Shown here piece after piece: positions 1-7,506 of a stretch of 64,000 nt of DNA. The stretch's first letter is position 1. Each line of letters begins with the position of its first letter. Position numbers and translations under genes: made by a program. Source of the stretch: Planctomycetota bacterium (lineage in GTDB: Bacteria; Planctomycetota; UBA1135; UBA2386); NCBI GenBank assembly GCA_947501605.1, contig CANMWZ010000022.1:1-64000 (forward strand), read 5' to 3'. Below the pieces are notes generated by a model. It was not told the DNA's origin. It saw only the letters and a list, made by a program, of their open reading frames with translations, and made no database searches.

Positions 1-28
1 GCGGGTTCGATTCCCGCCGCCTCCACCA
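1..28 (+). ncRNA. ssrA: 3' end of tmRNA (window starts inside the gene)
   Basis: GCGGGTTCGATTCCCGCCGCCTCCACCA is a T-arm plus Ala-type acceptor strand ending CTCCACCA, typical of tmRNA; smpB lies 3 kb away. A tRNA-Ala 3' end cannot be fully excluded. Confidence 0.75.
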
Positions 29-31
29 GTT

Positions 32-72
32 CGCGCGCCTCGCTCGAGAGAGCGGGGCGCGCGGCACCTTTC
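32..72 (+). terminator. Probable intrinsic terminator after tmRNA
   Basis: 14-bp stem CGCGCGCCTCGCTC / GAGCGGGGCGCGCG with a GAGA (GNRA) loop, followed by a short T-rich tail. Confidence 0.65.
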
Positions 73-163
73 TGCGCCGCAGCTTCGACACCAGGTCTCG
101 CCCGCCCGGACGGCAACGGCATGCGCGCCAGAACGGGACACCGAAGGCGGCTACCATGCGTCG

Positions 164-2137
164 ATGTCGTCGAGTCCGTCGCACGTTTGTGCCGCTGCCT
201 TCTGGTGCTGCATGCAGCTGGCCTCAAGACTCGCGGGCCAAGGAGAAGCTGCCCCTGCGCCGTCCATTCTCGAACGCCACCGCGACTTCGTCGGCGGCGC
301 GCCGGCGATCGCGGCAGCCGGGGACTTCGTGCTCGAAGGCACGGTCGAAGCCGGTGGCGAACCGCTGGTGCTGCGCACGTTCGTACGCCGCACGCCCTTC
401 GCGCTGCGCCAGGAGATCCGCTCGCAGCAGCAAGCGCTCCCGCCCCTCGTTCGCATCACCGACGGCCGCTACGCGTGGCAACTCGACGCGGAGGGAAGAT
501 CCGAACCGCTGCCCCCTGTTGCTGCCCGCCTGCTGATGGAGGCGGCCTTCCTCGACGGCCTGCTCTACCTCGACCCCGCATCCTCCGCCCTGCCGATCAC
601 AGGCGGCCTCGTCACGCTCCTTGGAATGGGTCCCTTGCCGGGTGGCCTCGGCGCCGCGGGGCGACTCCGCGACGTGCAGTTCGCTCCCGCGGGTGCCGAC
701 GTGCACTTCCTGTTCGACGAAGCGAACGGAGCCCTCCGCGCGGTCATCGCCTCGACCACCGCGCCCGCACGCGAACTGCGCCTCGGCAACTGGCAAGAAC
801 ACGGCGGCCTGCGCTGGCCGATGCTGCGATGGGAGTTCACCGATGGCGTCGCGGCAACCGTCACCATCGACACCGTCCGCGTCGGCATGCAGCACGATCC
901 CGCACTGTTCGGCGGCAGCCCCGCCCCCGAGCTGCCGAAGCACCTTCGCGTCGGAGAACTGTGGATGCTGCCCGACTCGGTGCCCGAGGCGATGCAGTTC
1001 GCGGTGCCGCACGTCGGCATCGGCAACGGTCTCGAGGTCGTCGCCCTGTTCGACACCGGTGCGAACGACCTCTACTTGGCTGAAGCAGCTGCGGACCGGG
1101 CCGGTCTGCCGGCGCTCAAGAGAGGTCACGCGCTCGGCACGAACGGGCTCGCAGCATTCACGGAACGATGGCTCGACCTACTGCAGCTCGGCACCTTCGT
1201 CGATCGCCAACTGCGCGTGCACGCAACCGTGATGCCGTCGATCACGGCGCTGGCCGTGCAGCATCAGCCGGCCATGGTCCTCGGAACCGAGGTCGCCGTC
1301 GACCGGTCGCCGATCCTCGACCTCGGCAACGGCCACCTCTCGCTCCGCGGCACACCAGTGACGCCGCTCGGCGACGGCGAGAGGACTGGCCGGACGCCGC
1401 TGCGCGTGCCGTTCCGCCGCGACCCGCGGTCCTCGCTGCCGATGGTCGAAGTGAAGCTCGGCGACGCGACGATCGACGCCCTCTTCGACACGGGGCAGGC
1501 ACCGGTCTTGATGTTGACGACGAGCGGACTCGCGCGCGCCGGCTTGCCGGTCACGCGCGACGCTTGGATCCAGCGCGGCGCGATCGCCATGCCGATGCAA
1601 GGAGCCGGGGGACTCGTGGCCGAACAGCTCCTCGTGCGACTACCGTCGGTCCGGCTCGGCAGCGTGCAGTGGCAGGAGCCCTGGGTCCTCGTGTCGCTCG
1701 CCAGCGGAGTAGCGCCGTTCGAGGCCGCACTCGGCGGCGGTGCACTGTGGCACTTCGCTCGGGTCGGCATCGACGCTGAGCACAACCTGCTCGAATTGGA
1801 ACCACGCGACAGCGTGGCGCGAACGGGCGACCAGGTAGTCGTGCCGCGCAGCGCGTCGTTCGCGGGGATCGTGCCGGTCCCGGCCCAACTCGGTGCCGTG
1901 GGCAGGGACGCGATGCCGATCGTGCACGTAGTGTTCCCCGGCACGATCGCGGCGGCGGCAGGAGTTCGAGAGGGCGATCGCATCCACACGATCGACGGGC
2001 ATCGCTGCGCAGGCCTCGCGCCGAGGTCCTTCAACGAGCGCCTGTGGATCCGAGAGAAGGCCGTGCGACTCGAGGTCGTTCGCAAGGATGGCACGCCGAT
2101 GTTGCTTCAGCTGATGCCGACGGCCGCCGGGCGCTGA
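164..2137 (+). CDS. Exported aspartyl protease with two retropepsin-like domains and a C-terminal PDZ domain
   Basis: Two DTG catalytic motifs (VALFDTGA, DALFDTGQ); PDZ-like C-terminus (PGTIAAAAGVREGDRIHTIDG). Exact start uncertain. Confidence 0.75.
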   Translation: MSSSPSHVCAAAFWCCMQLASRLAGQGEAAPAPSILERHRDFVGGAPAIAAAGDFVLEGTVEAGGEPLVLRTFVRRTPFALRQEIRSQQQALPPLVRITDGRYAWQLDAEGRSEPLPPVAARLLMEAAFLDGLLYLDPASSALPITGGLVTLLGMGPLPGGLGAAGRLRDVQFAPAGADVHFLFDEANGALRAVIASTTAPARELRLGNWQEHGGLRWPMLRWEFTDGVAATVTIDTVRVGMQHDPALFGGSPAPELPKHLRVGELWMLPDSVPEAMQFAVPHVGIGNGLEVVALFDTGANDLYLAEAAADRAGLPALKRGHALGTNGLAAFTERWLDLLQLGTFVDRQLRVHATVMPSITALAVQHQPAMVLGTEVAVDRSPILDLGNGHLSLRGTPVTPLGDGERTGRTPLRVPFRRDPRSSLPMVEVKLGDATIDALFDTGQAPVLMLTTSGLARAGLPVTRDAWIQRGAIAMPMQGAGGLVAEQLLVRLPSVRLGSVQWQEPWVLVSLASGVAPFEAALGGGALWHFARVGIDAEHNLLELEPRDSVARTGDQVVVPRSASFAGIVPVPAQLGAVGRDAMPIVHVVFPGTIAAAAGVREGDRIHTIDGHRCAGLAPRSFNERLWIREKAVRLEVVRKDGTPMLLQLMPTAAGR

Positions 2138-2459
2138 ACGGCTCGGAGGCCGAGCGAGAGCACGGACGCGCGTTGTCGTACGGCGAGTCTCGCCCAGCGA
2201 ACCGGACGGACGAAGGCGCGTGCACTCCGACCTGCGATGGCGCCCCAGCGGGATCGATCTCGACGGGCTCCTCATGCACCACTGAGCACGCACTGGCCCG
2301 CCCACGCCAACTGGCTACGCTTCTCTTGCGCGCTGCGGCACCTTCTAGATCACCTGCGAGCTAAGCAGCGAACTTGCGCAGGACGACGCACGCGATCCTT
2401 GGCGGCACCGCCTCTCCAGCTGGGTTCGGACGAAGACCGACCGCCGAGAAGTCGATCCA

Positions 2460-3170
2460 ATGCTCGAAGGAAGCGCCGGGGAGCTCGAGGCAACCTTGCC
2501 GGATCCGTCGGTCACCGAGAAGCTCGACTTGGCGCTCGAGTTCCTTGCGCGGCGCACACCACATCCGGGCGCAAACATCCAGCTCGATCCTTCTGCGAGC
2601 GTTGCTCTCACGTGGTCCAAGAATGGAGAGGAGGTGCAGTTCCTGCTTCAGAGTTTGGCCCAACTCGGCTACCTGCACCTCTACGGGCACGCAGGCCTCG
2701 GATGCCTGACACTCGCGGCAAGTGGCTACCGACGATTGGAAGAACTTGGTGGCGACTCCACGCAGAACAGACGGATCTTCGTCGCCATGTGGTTCGATCC
2801 GGAAGTCGACGAGATCTACGACCACGGCTTCGCGCCCGCCATCACAGCGGCAGGCTTCGAACCAGTTCGCATCGACAGCAGACCCCACGGGGACCGCATC
2901 GACGCCAAGATCCTGCTCGAGATTCGGAAGTGCCGTGCCCTGGTCGCCGACGCCACCGGGCTGCGCCCGTCCGTCTTCTACGAAGCCGGGTTGGCAGAAG
3001 GATTAGGCAAGCCGGTCTTCTGGACGTGCCGCAAGGACCTACTGGACGGCAAAGCACTGCCCTTCGACACGCGCCAGTTTCCTCACACTGACTGGACAAA
3101 CGCCGACGACCTGAAGACCAAGCTCCAACCAATCCTGGAGTACAGGCTCTTAACAGGGCGGCGGCGCTAG
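2460..3170 (+). CDS. Winged-helix plus nucleoside 2-deoxyribosyltransferase (NDT)-like protein; N-terminus probably eroded (possible pseudogene)
   Basis: C-terminal motifs IFVAMWF, VRID, ALVADATG, VFYEAGLAEGLGKPV, PFD. The frame stays open upstream to an in-frame TAG at 2346. Confidence 0.65.
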   Translation: MLEGSAGELEATLPDPSVTEKLDLALEFLARRTPHPGANIQLDPSASVALTWSKNGEEVQFLLQSLAQLGYLHLYGHAGLGCLTLAASGYRRLEELGGDSTQNRRIFVAMWFDPEVDEIYDHGFAPAITAAGFEPVRIDSRPHGDRIDAKILLEIRKCRALVADATGLRPSVFYEAGLAEGLGKPVFWTCRKDLLDGKALPFDTRQFPHTDWTNADDLKTKLQPILEYRLLTGRRR

Positions 3171-3190
3171 TCGCGCTCGCCACCTCTGCG

Positions 3191-3700
3191 TCAACTGTTG
3201 CGCAACTCCCGCCGCGCCTCGCGTTCCTTGATGTGCACGCGCTTGTCGCGCGTCTTGCGGCCCTTGCAGATCGCCAGCGTCACCTTGGCAAAGCCGCGAT
3301 CGCCAAAGTAGACGCGCAGCGGCACCAGGGTCAGACCCTTGATGTCGACCTCCTGCTTCAGCTTGCGAATCTCACGCTTGTGCATGAGGCACTTGCGCCG
3401 GCGCTTGGGCTCGTGGTTCTGGATGTTGCCGTGCGTGTACTCGTCGATGTGGGCGCCGATGAGGAACACCTCGCCCTCGTGCACGCGCGCGTGCGCCTCG
3501 TCAAGACTCATGCGCCCCTGGCGCAGCACTTTGACTTCGGTGCCGCGCAGCACCAAGCCAGCCTCGAAAGTATCGAGGACCTCGTACTCGAAGCGCGCCT
3601 TCTTGTTGTCGCAGACGAGCGCGCCGACCGCTTCCTTCTTGGCATTGGCCTTCTGCTTGTTGCCCCCAGGTGCCGTGGGCTTGCTCGTCGACTTGGCCAT
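3191..3700 (-). CDS. smpB: SsrA-binding protein SmpB
   Basis: NKKARFEY, EAGLVLRGTEVK, TLVPLRVYF, GRKTRDKR; ATG at 3700 avoids overlap with tRNA-Leu. Confidence 0.97.
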   Translation of the reverse strand: MAKSTSKPTAPGGNKQKANAKKEAVGALVCDNKKARFEYEVLDTFEAGLVLRGTEVKVLRQGRMSLDEAHARVHEGEVFLIGAHIDEYTHGNIQNHEPKRRRKCLMHKREIRKLKQEVDIKGLTLVPLRVYFGDRGFAKVTLAICKGRKTRDKRVHIKEREARRELRNS

Positions 3701-3743
3701 TGGCAGCAGAGGGTAGGTCTGCCCCTGCAGCTTGGGAAGACAC

Positions 3744-3771
3744 TTGCAAAGGCAGCTTACGTCGCTAGCTT
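3744..3771 (+). promoter_or_regulatory. Putative sigma70-type promoter of tRNA-Leu
   Basis: TTGCAA-N16-TAGCTT about 18 nt upstream of the tRNA. Confidence 0.4.
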
Positions 3772-3789
3772 TTCGCCCCCCAAACCCGC

Positions 3790-3878
3790 GCCCAGGTGGC
3801 GGAATTGGCAGACGCACCAGGTTCAGGTCCTGGCCCGAGTAACATCGGATGGAGGTTCAAGTCCTCTCCTGGGCACCA
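3790..3878 (+). tRNA. tRNA-Leu(CAG)
   Basis: GCCCAGG/CCTGGGC acceptor stem, anticodon arm CCAGG-TTCAGGT-CCTGG, long variable arm, GGTTCAAGTCC T-arm, encoded CCA. Confidence 0.97.
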
Positions 3879-3883
3879 TTCTT

Positions 3884-3918
3884 CGGCCCCCGCGACCGCG
3901 CGGGGTGCCGATTCTCTT
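3884..3918 (+). terminator. Hairpin after tRNA-Leu (terminator or processing signal)
   Basis: GC-rich inverted repeat (CCCCGCG-ACCG-CGCGGGG core) followed by ATTCTCTTT. Confidence 0.45.
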
Positions 3919-3959
3919 TGCGGCCGGAACCCGTCGCCGCGTCCTGATCCGAACCCGCG

Positions 3960-5168
3960 ATGGACGGCCCAACCGACGACGACCTCGGCGAGGACGACGG
4001 CTGGCAGGCGCCGCCGCGCGTTGTCGCCAAGCCCGGCGAGTTCGCGCCGCTGCACATCGGCCCGCTGGTCGTCGATCCCCCGGTCGTGCTGGCGCCGATG
4101 GCGGGCATCACCAACGCGCCGTTCCGTCAGCTCTGCCGCAGCTTCTCCGCTGGCCGCTGCCTCTACGTCAGCGAGATGATCACGGCGCGCGCCTTCGTCG
4201 AGGGCAACGCCAAGACGCTCAAGCTCGCGTCGTTTGGCCCCGACGAAACCGGGCGCCGGAGCATCCAACTCTACGGCACCCACGAGGGCGCGCTCGGCGA
4301 AGCGGCTCGCATCCTGGTGCATGAGTGGGGTGTCGAGCACATCGACATGAACTTCGGTTGCCCGGTGCGCAAGGTCACGGCCGCCGGCGGCGGCTCGGCG
4401 ATCCCGCTGCGCCCCAAGCTGATGGCGCGCATCGTGAGGGCCGTCGTGAAGGGAGCCGCCCACGTCCCGGTGACCATCAAGTTCCGCAAGGGCATCGATG
4501 ACCAGCTGTTGACCTTCCTCGACGCCGGCCGCGTCGGCGAGCAGGAAGGCGCACGGTCGCTGGCCCTGCACGCACGAACGGCAGCCCAGCTCTATTCAGG
4601 TCGCGCCGACTGGAACGCCATCACCGAACTCAAGCAGGCCATCCACACGATCCCGGTGCTCGGCAATGGCGACATCTTCGAGCCATGGGATGCCCTGCAA
4701 ATGATGCGACAGACCGGTTGCGACGGCGTCGTCGTCGGGCGCGGTTGCCTCGGTCGTCCATGGCTGTTCGGCGACATCGTCGCCGCCTTCGACGGCAAGG
4801 AACCACCGCCCCAGCCCGACCTCGGCGCGGTCAAGGCGACGATGCGTGAGCACGCGCGACTCCTGTGTGCGTTCTTCGGCGAACACCACGGGATGACCCA
4901 GCTGCGCAAGTTCACGGGCTGGTACCTGAAGGGCTTTCCCGGTGCCAAACGCCAGCTGGGTGCGCTGCACATGGTGAAGACGATGGCCGAGTTCGAGGAG
5001 TTGCTGCTGCCGCTCTCGGACCACACCCCCTATCCCCTGGCCTCGCTGCGGGCGCGCCGCTGCAAGAGCGGCCGGGCTCAGGACCAGGTCGCCTTGCCGG
5101 AAGGGTTCCTCGACGCTCGCGACGACGACATCTGCCTCGCCGACCCGATGGAAATGGACGGCGGCTAG
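3960..5168 (+). CDS. dusB: tRNA-dihydrouridine synthase DusB
   Basis: LAPMAGITN, SEMI, IDMNFGCP, LHART, GNGDI, GRGCLGRPW motifs. Confidence 0.93.
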   Translation: MDGPTDDDLGEDDGWQAPPRVVAKPGEFAPLHIGPLVVDPPVVLAPMAGITNAPFRQLCRSFSAGRCLYVSEMITARAFVEGNAKTLKLASFGPDETGRRSIQLYGTHEGALGEAARILVHEWGVEHIDMNFGCPVRKVTAAGGGSAIPLRPKLMARIVRAVVKGAAHVPVTIKFRKGIDDQLLTFLDAGRVGEQEGARSLALHARTAAQLYSGRADWNAITELKQAIHTIPVLGNGDIFEPWDALQMMRQTGCDGVVVGRGCLGRPWLFGDIVAAFDGKEPPPQPDLGAVKATMREHARLLCAFFGEHHGMTQLRKFTGWYLKGFPGAKRQLGALHMVKTMAEFEELLLPLSDHTPYPLASLRARRCKSGRAQDQVALPEGFLDARDDDICLADPMEMDGG

Positions 5169-5186
5169 CAGGCGCCCTTGCGGGCC

Positions 5187-5657
5187 TCAGCCGAGTGCCG
5201 CGCGCACCGCGTCGAACCAGCGGTGGGTGCGCGAGTCCTCCTGATCGACCTCGCGCAAGATCCCCTCGGCCTGATCGAGACCATCGACGAACGCAGCGTG
5301 CAGCAGCGCGGCGTCGCACACCTGCCCAGCGACGAGCCAGCGCTGGTCGCTATGGATCGCACCGACCGCCTGTTCCGGCGTCCGCGGCGATGGGTGGACG
5401 AAGGGATCCCGGCCGGGCTCTCTGCCGTCACCGTCGGGCTCGCGGCCGCAGAGACGGCGCCACGTGGCGGCGAGCACCAGTTTCTGCAACAGCGCAAAGG
5501 CGACCTCGGCCCCGTGGTGCACGGCAACCGAATCGCCCGCCTCTGGCCCCGCCCCAGGTTCCTTGCGGGTCGAAGCGCCGCGATCCTGTGGTTGCGACGA
5601 TCGCCCGTAGCGTTCGCCAAGCGGACGTAGCCCGCCAACAGAAGGGTGATCCGGCAT
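5187..5657 (-). CDS. Hypothetical protein
   Basis: Most protein-like of three overlapping ORFs filling the dusB-Kelch gap; no recognisable motif; strand and start uncertain. Confidence 0.4.
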   Translation of the reverse strand: MPDHPSVGGLRPLGERYGRSSQPQDRGASTRKEPGAGPEAGDSVAVHHGAEVAFALLQKLVLAATWRRLCGREPDGDGREPGRDPFVHPSPRTPEQAVGAIHSDQRWLVAGQVCDAALLHAAFVDGLDQAEGILREVDQEDSRTHRWFDAVRAALG

Positions 5658-5834
5658 GGCTGCAACTACCTGGAGGCTGCGACTACCCACAGGCATGCCC
5701 TCCTGGTCTCATTCTCGGACGCGGCGCCCAGAGCTTGAGGCCGCTGCTGCCTGGATTCGGGACTCTGGTAGCGCAGCCGCACCTGCTCGCCCCGTCAGTA
5801 GCTCCTTCTCCTGATATCCTTCGCCCTTCGAACC

Positions 5835-7385
5835 ATGCACGCACTTCCACGCCTCGGCCTCCTCTTTGTGCTCACTGCGCCGGTCTTCGCGCAGAACGAC
5901 TTCGCGCTCGACAAGGTCACGACTGGGAGGCTCGGGACGGCGCTGCAACTGCGCGTCTTGGGAGCTCCGAGCAACGCGGCGATGTTCGTGATGCTGTCGC
6001 AGACTGGCGGCCCGACGCCAATCTCGCTGGTCGATGCCAACGACACGCGTTCGGTCGAGGTCGGTCTCGACCTCTTCCCCGATTGGTTCTTTACCTTCGC
6101 CGACGGGCTCGGTGCGGCCACACCGTCGATCTTCGTTCCCAACGACATCGCGTTTCAGGGGCTCACCCTGCACTGGCAGACGTTCACCTTCCCGGGTGCG
6201 CTGACGACGATCGGCCAGATCAGCAACGATGTCGTCACCCAGTTCGGCAGCAGCGGTTCGACGACCACAGCACCCTCAGCGCTGCTCGTGCCGCGAGCCT
6301 TCAGTACGGCCTTCGCGAACACGCAAAACAGCTCCGGCCACAAAGTAGTCATCGCCGGCGGCGGCGGTGGCACGCTGACTTCGTCGACCGGGCTCGCAAC
6401 CAGCGAGCTGTTCGATTTCCGCGAGCTGAGCGTGCAGCCGGGTCCAACGATGTCCAGCGCGCGCGCCCTGCACCAATCGGTGACGCTGACCGACGGCCGC
6501 GTCCTGATGATCGGTGGCGTCGATGCCCTTGGGGCGGTGCTGACGAGTTGCGAGATCTATGACCCGGTAGCCAACACGTTCACGCCGACTGGCAACCTGG
6601 GGACGGCCCGCGCCCTGCACGCCGCCGTGCGCCTCGCCGACGGCCGAGTGATGGCCGCCGGCGGCACCAGCAGCATGGTCGACGCGCTCACTCTGGTGAC
6701 CAACGTCCGCAACTCTACCGAGATCTACAACCCGGCAACGGGCACCTGGAGCGGCAGCGCCAACCTTGGCGGCTTCCGTCTGCTGCCGTCGCTCTCGCTG
6801 CTGCCCAACAACCGCGTACTCGTAGCGGGCGGTCTCGAGGTATCGTTCTTCTTTGGCATCCCGGTGAGTGCGGGCACGACCGCGAACTGCCAGACCTACA
6901 ACCCAGCGACCAATAGCTGGGCCGCCGCCGCGGCACTTCCAGGGGCCCGAACCGGACACCAGTACAACCAAGTCACACTCGCGAGCGGCCGCATTCTGAT
7001 CACCGGTGGCCTCGCGGTCGCTGTCAACATCGCGACCCAAGCGCTGACCACGACGCCGTTGAACAACGCCTGCTACTACGACCAGCCGACCAACACCTGG
7101 ACCTCGGTCGCGATGGCCAATGCGCGCTCGCTGCATTCTGCCACCTTGCTGCCGGATGGCCGCGTCGTCGTCTGCGGCGGCGCGCAAGGGACGATCGACC
7201 TGCCGATCCCGCTCGCCGATGTCGAGATCTTCAGTCCGACGACCAACTCGTGGTCGCCCTCGACGGCGTTGCCGACGCCGCGCACCGCGCACAACGCGCA
7301 GTTGCTACCGGACGGGTCGCTCGCTCTGTTCGGTGGTCAGGACGCTGTCGCGACCACGAATTCGATCTCGCTGCTGCGCTTCTGA
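5835..7385 (+). CDS. Secreted Kelch-repeat beta-propeller protein
   Basis: Signal peptide ending PVFA-Q; repeated R..H....L.DGRVL..GG / EIY.P..N.W units. Confidence 0.88.
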   Translation: MHALPRLGLLFVLTAPVFAQNDFALDKVTTGRLGTALQLRVLGAPSNAAMFVMLSQTGGPTPISLVDANDTRSVEVGLDLFPDWFFTFADGLGAATPSIFVPNDIAFQGLTLHWQTFTFPGALTTIGQISNDVVTQFGSSGSTTTAPSALLVPRAFSTAFANTQNSSGHKVVIAGGGGGTLTSSTGLATSELFDFRELSVQPGPTMSSARALHQSVTLTDGRVLMIGGVDALGAVLTSCEIYDPVANTFTPTGNLGTARALHAAVRLADGRVMAAGGTSSMVDALTLVTNVRNSTEIYNPATGTWSGSANLGGFRLLPSLSLLPNNRVLVAGGLEVSFFFGIPVSAGTTANCQTYNPATNSWAAAAALPGARTGHQYNQVTLASGRILITGGLAVAVNIATQALTTTPLNNACYYDQPTNTWTSVAMANARSLHSATLLPDGRVVVCGGAQGTIDLPIPLADVEIFSPTTNSWSPSTALPTPRTAHNAQLLPDGSLALFGGQDAVATTNSISLLRF

Positions 7386-7506
7386 GCAGTCGAGGCGCGC
7401 GGTGCAATCCGGCATCGCGCGGCCACTTGGCGGGTTTGCTGTGGCACGAGTTGGGGACGACCAGTAGAACGACCACCAACTTCGTCTTCCCCAAGCTGTA
7501 GCTCCT

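Noticed and set aside
2248..2274. GCGGGATCGATCTCGACGGGCTCC loosely resembles the tmRNA 3' end (possible attR)
   Set aside because: Too many mismatches and gaps for a GC-rich genome, and there is no integrase in the window.
3701..3817. Longer smpB start given by the ORF track
   Set aside because: It overlaps tRNA-Leu and its promoter; ATG 3700 fits better.
5178..5630. Plus-strand 150-aa ORF after dusB
   Set aside because: Overlaps the more protein-like minus-strand ORF 5187-5657; the choice is uncertain without homology data.
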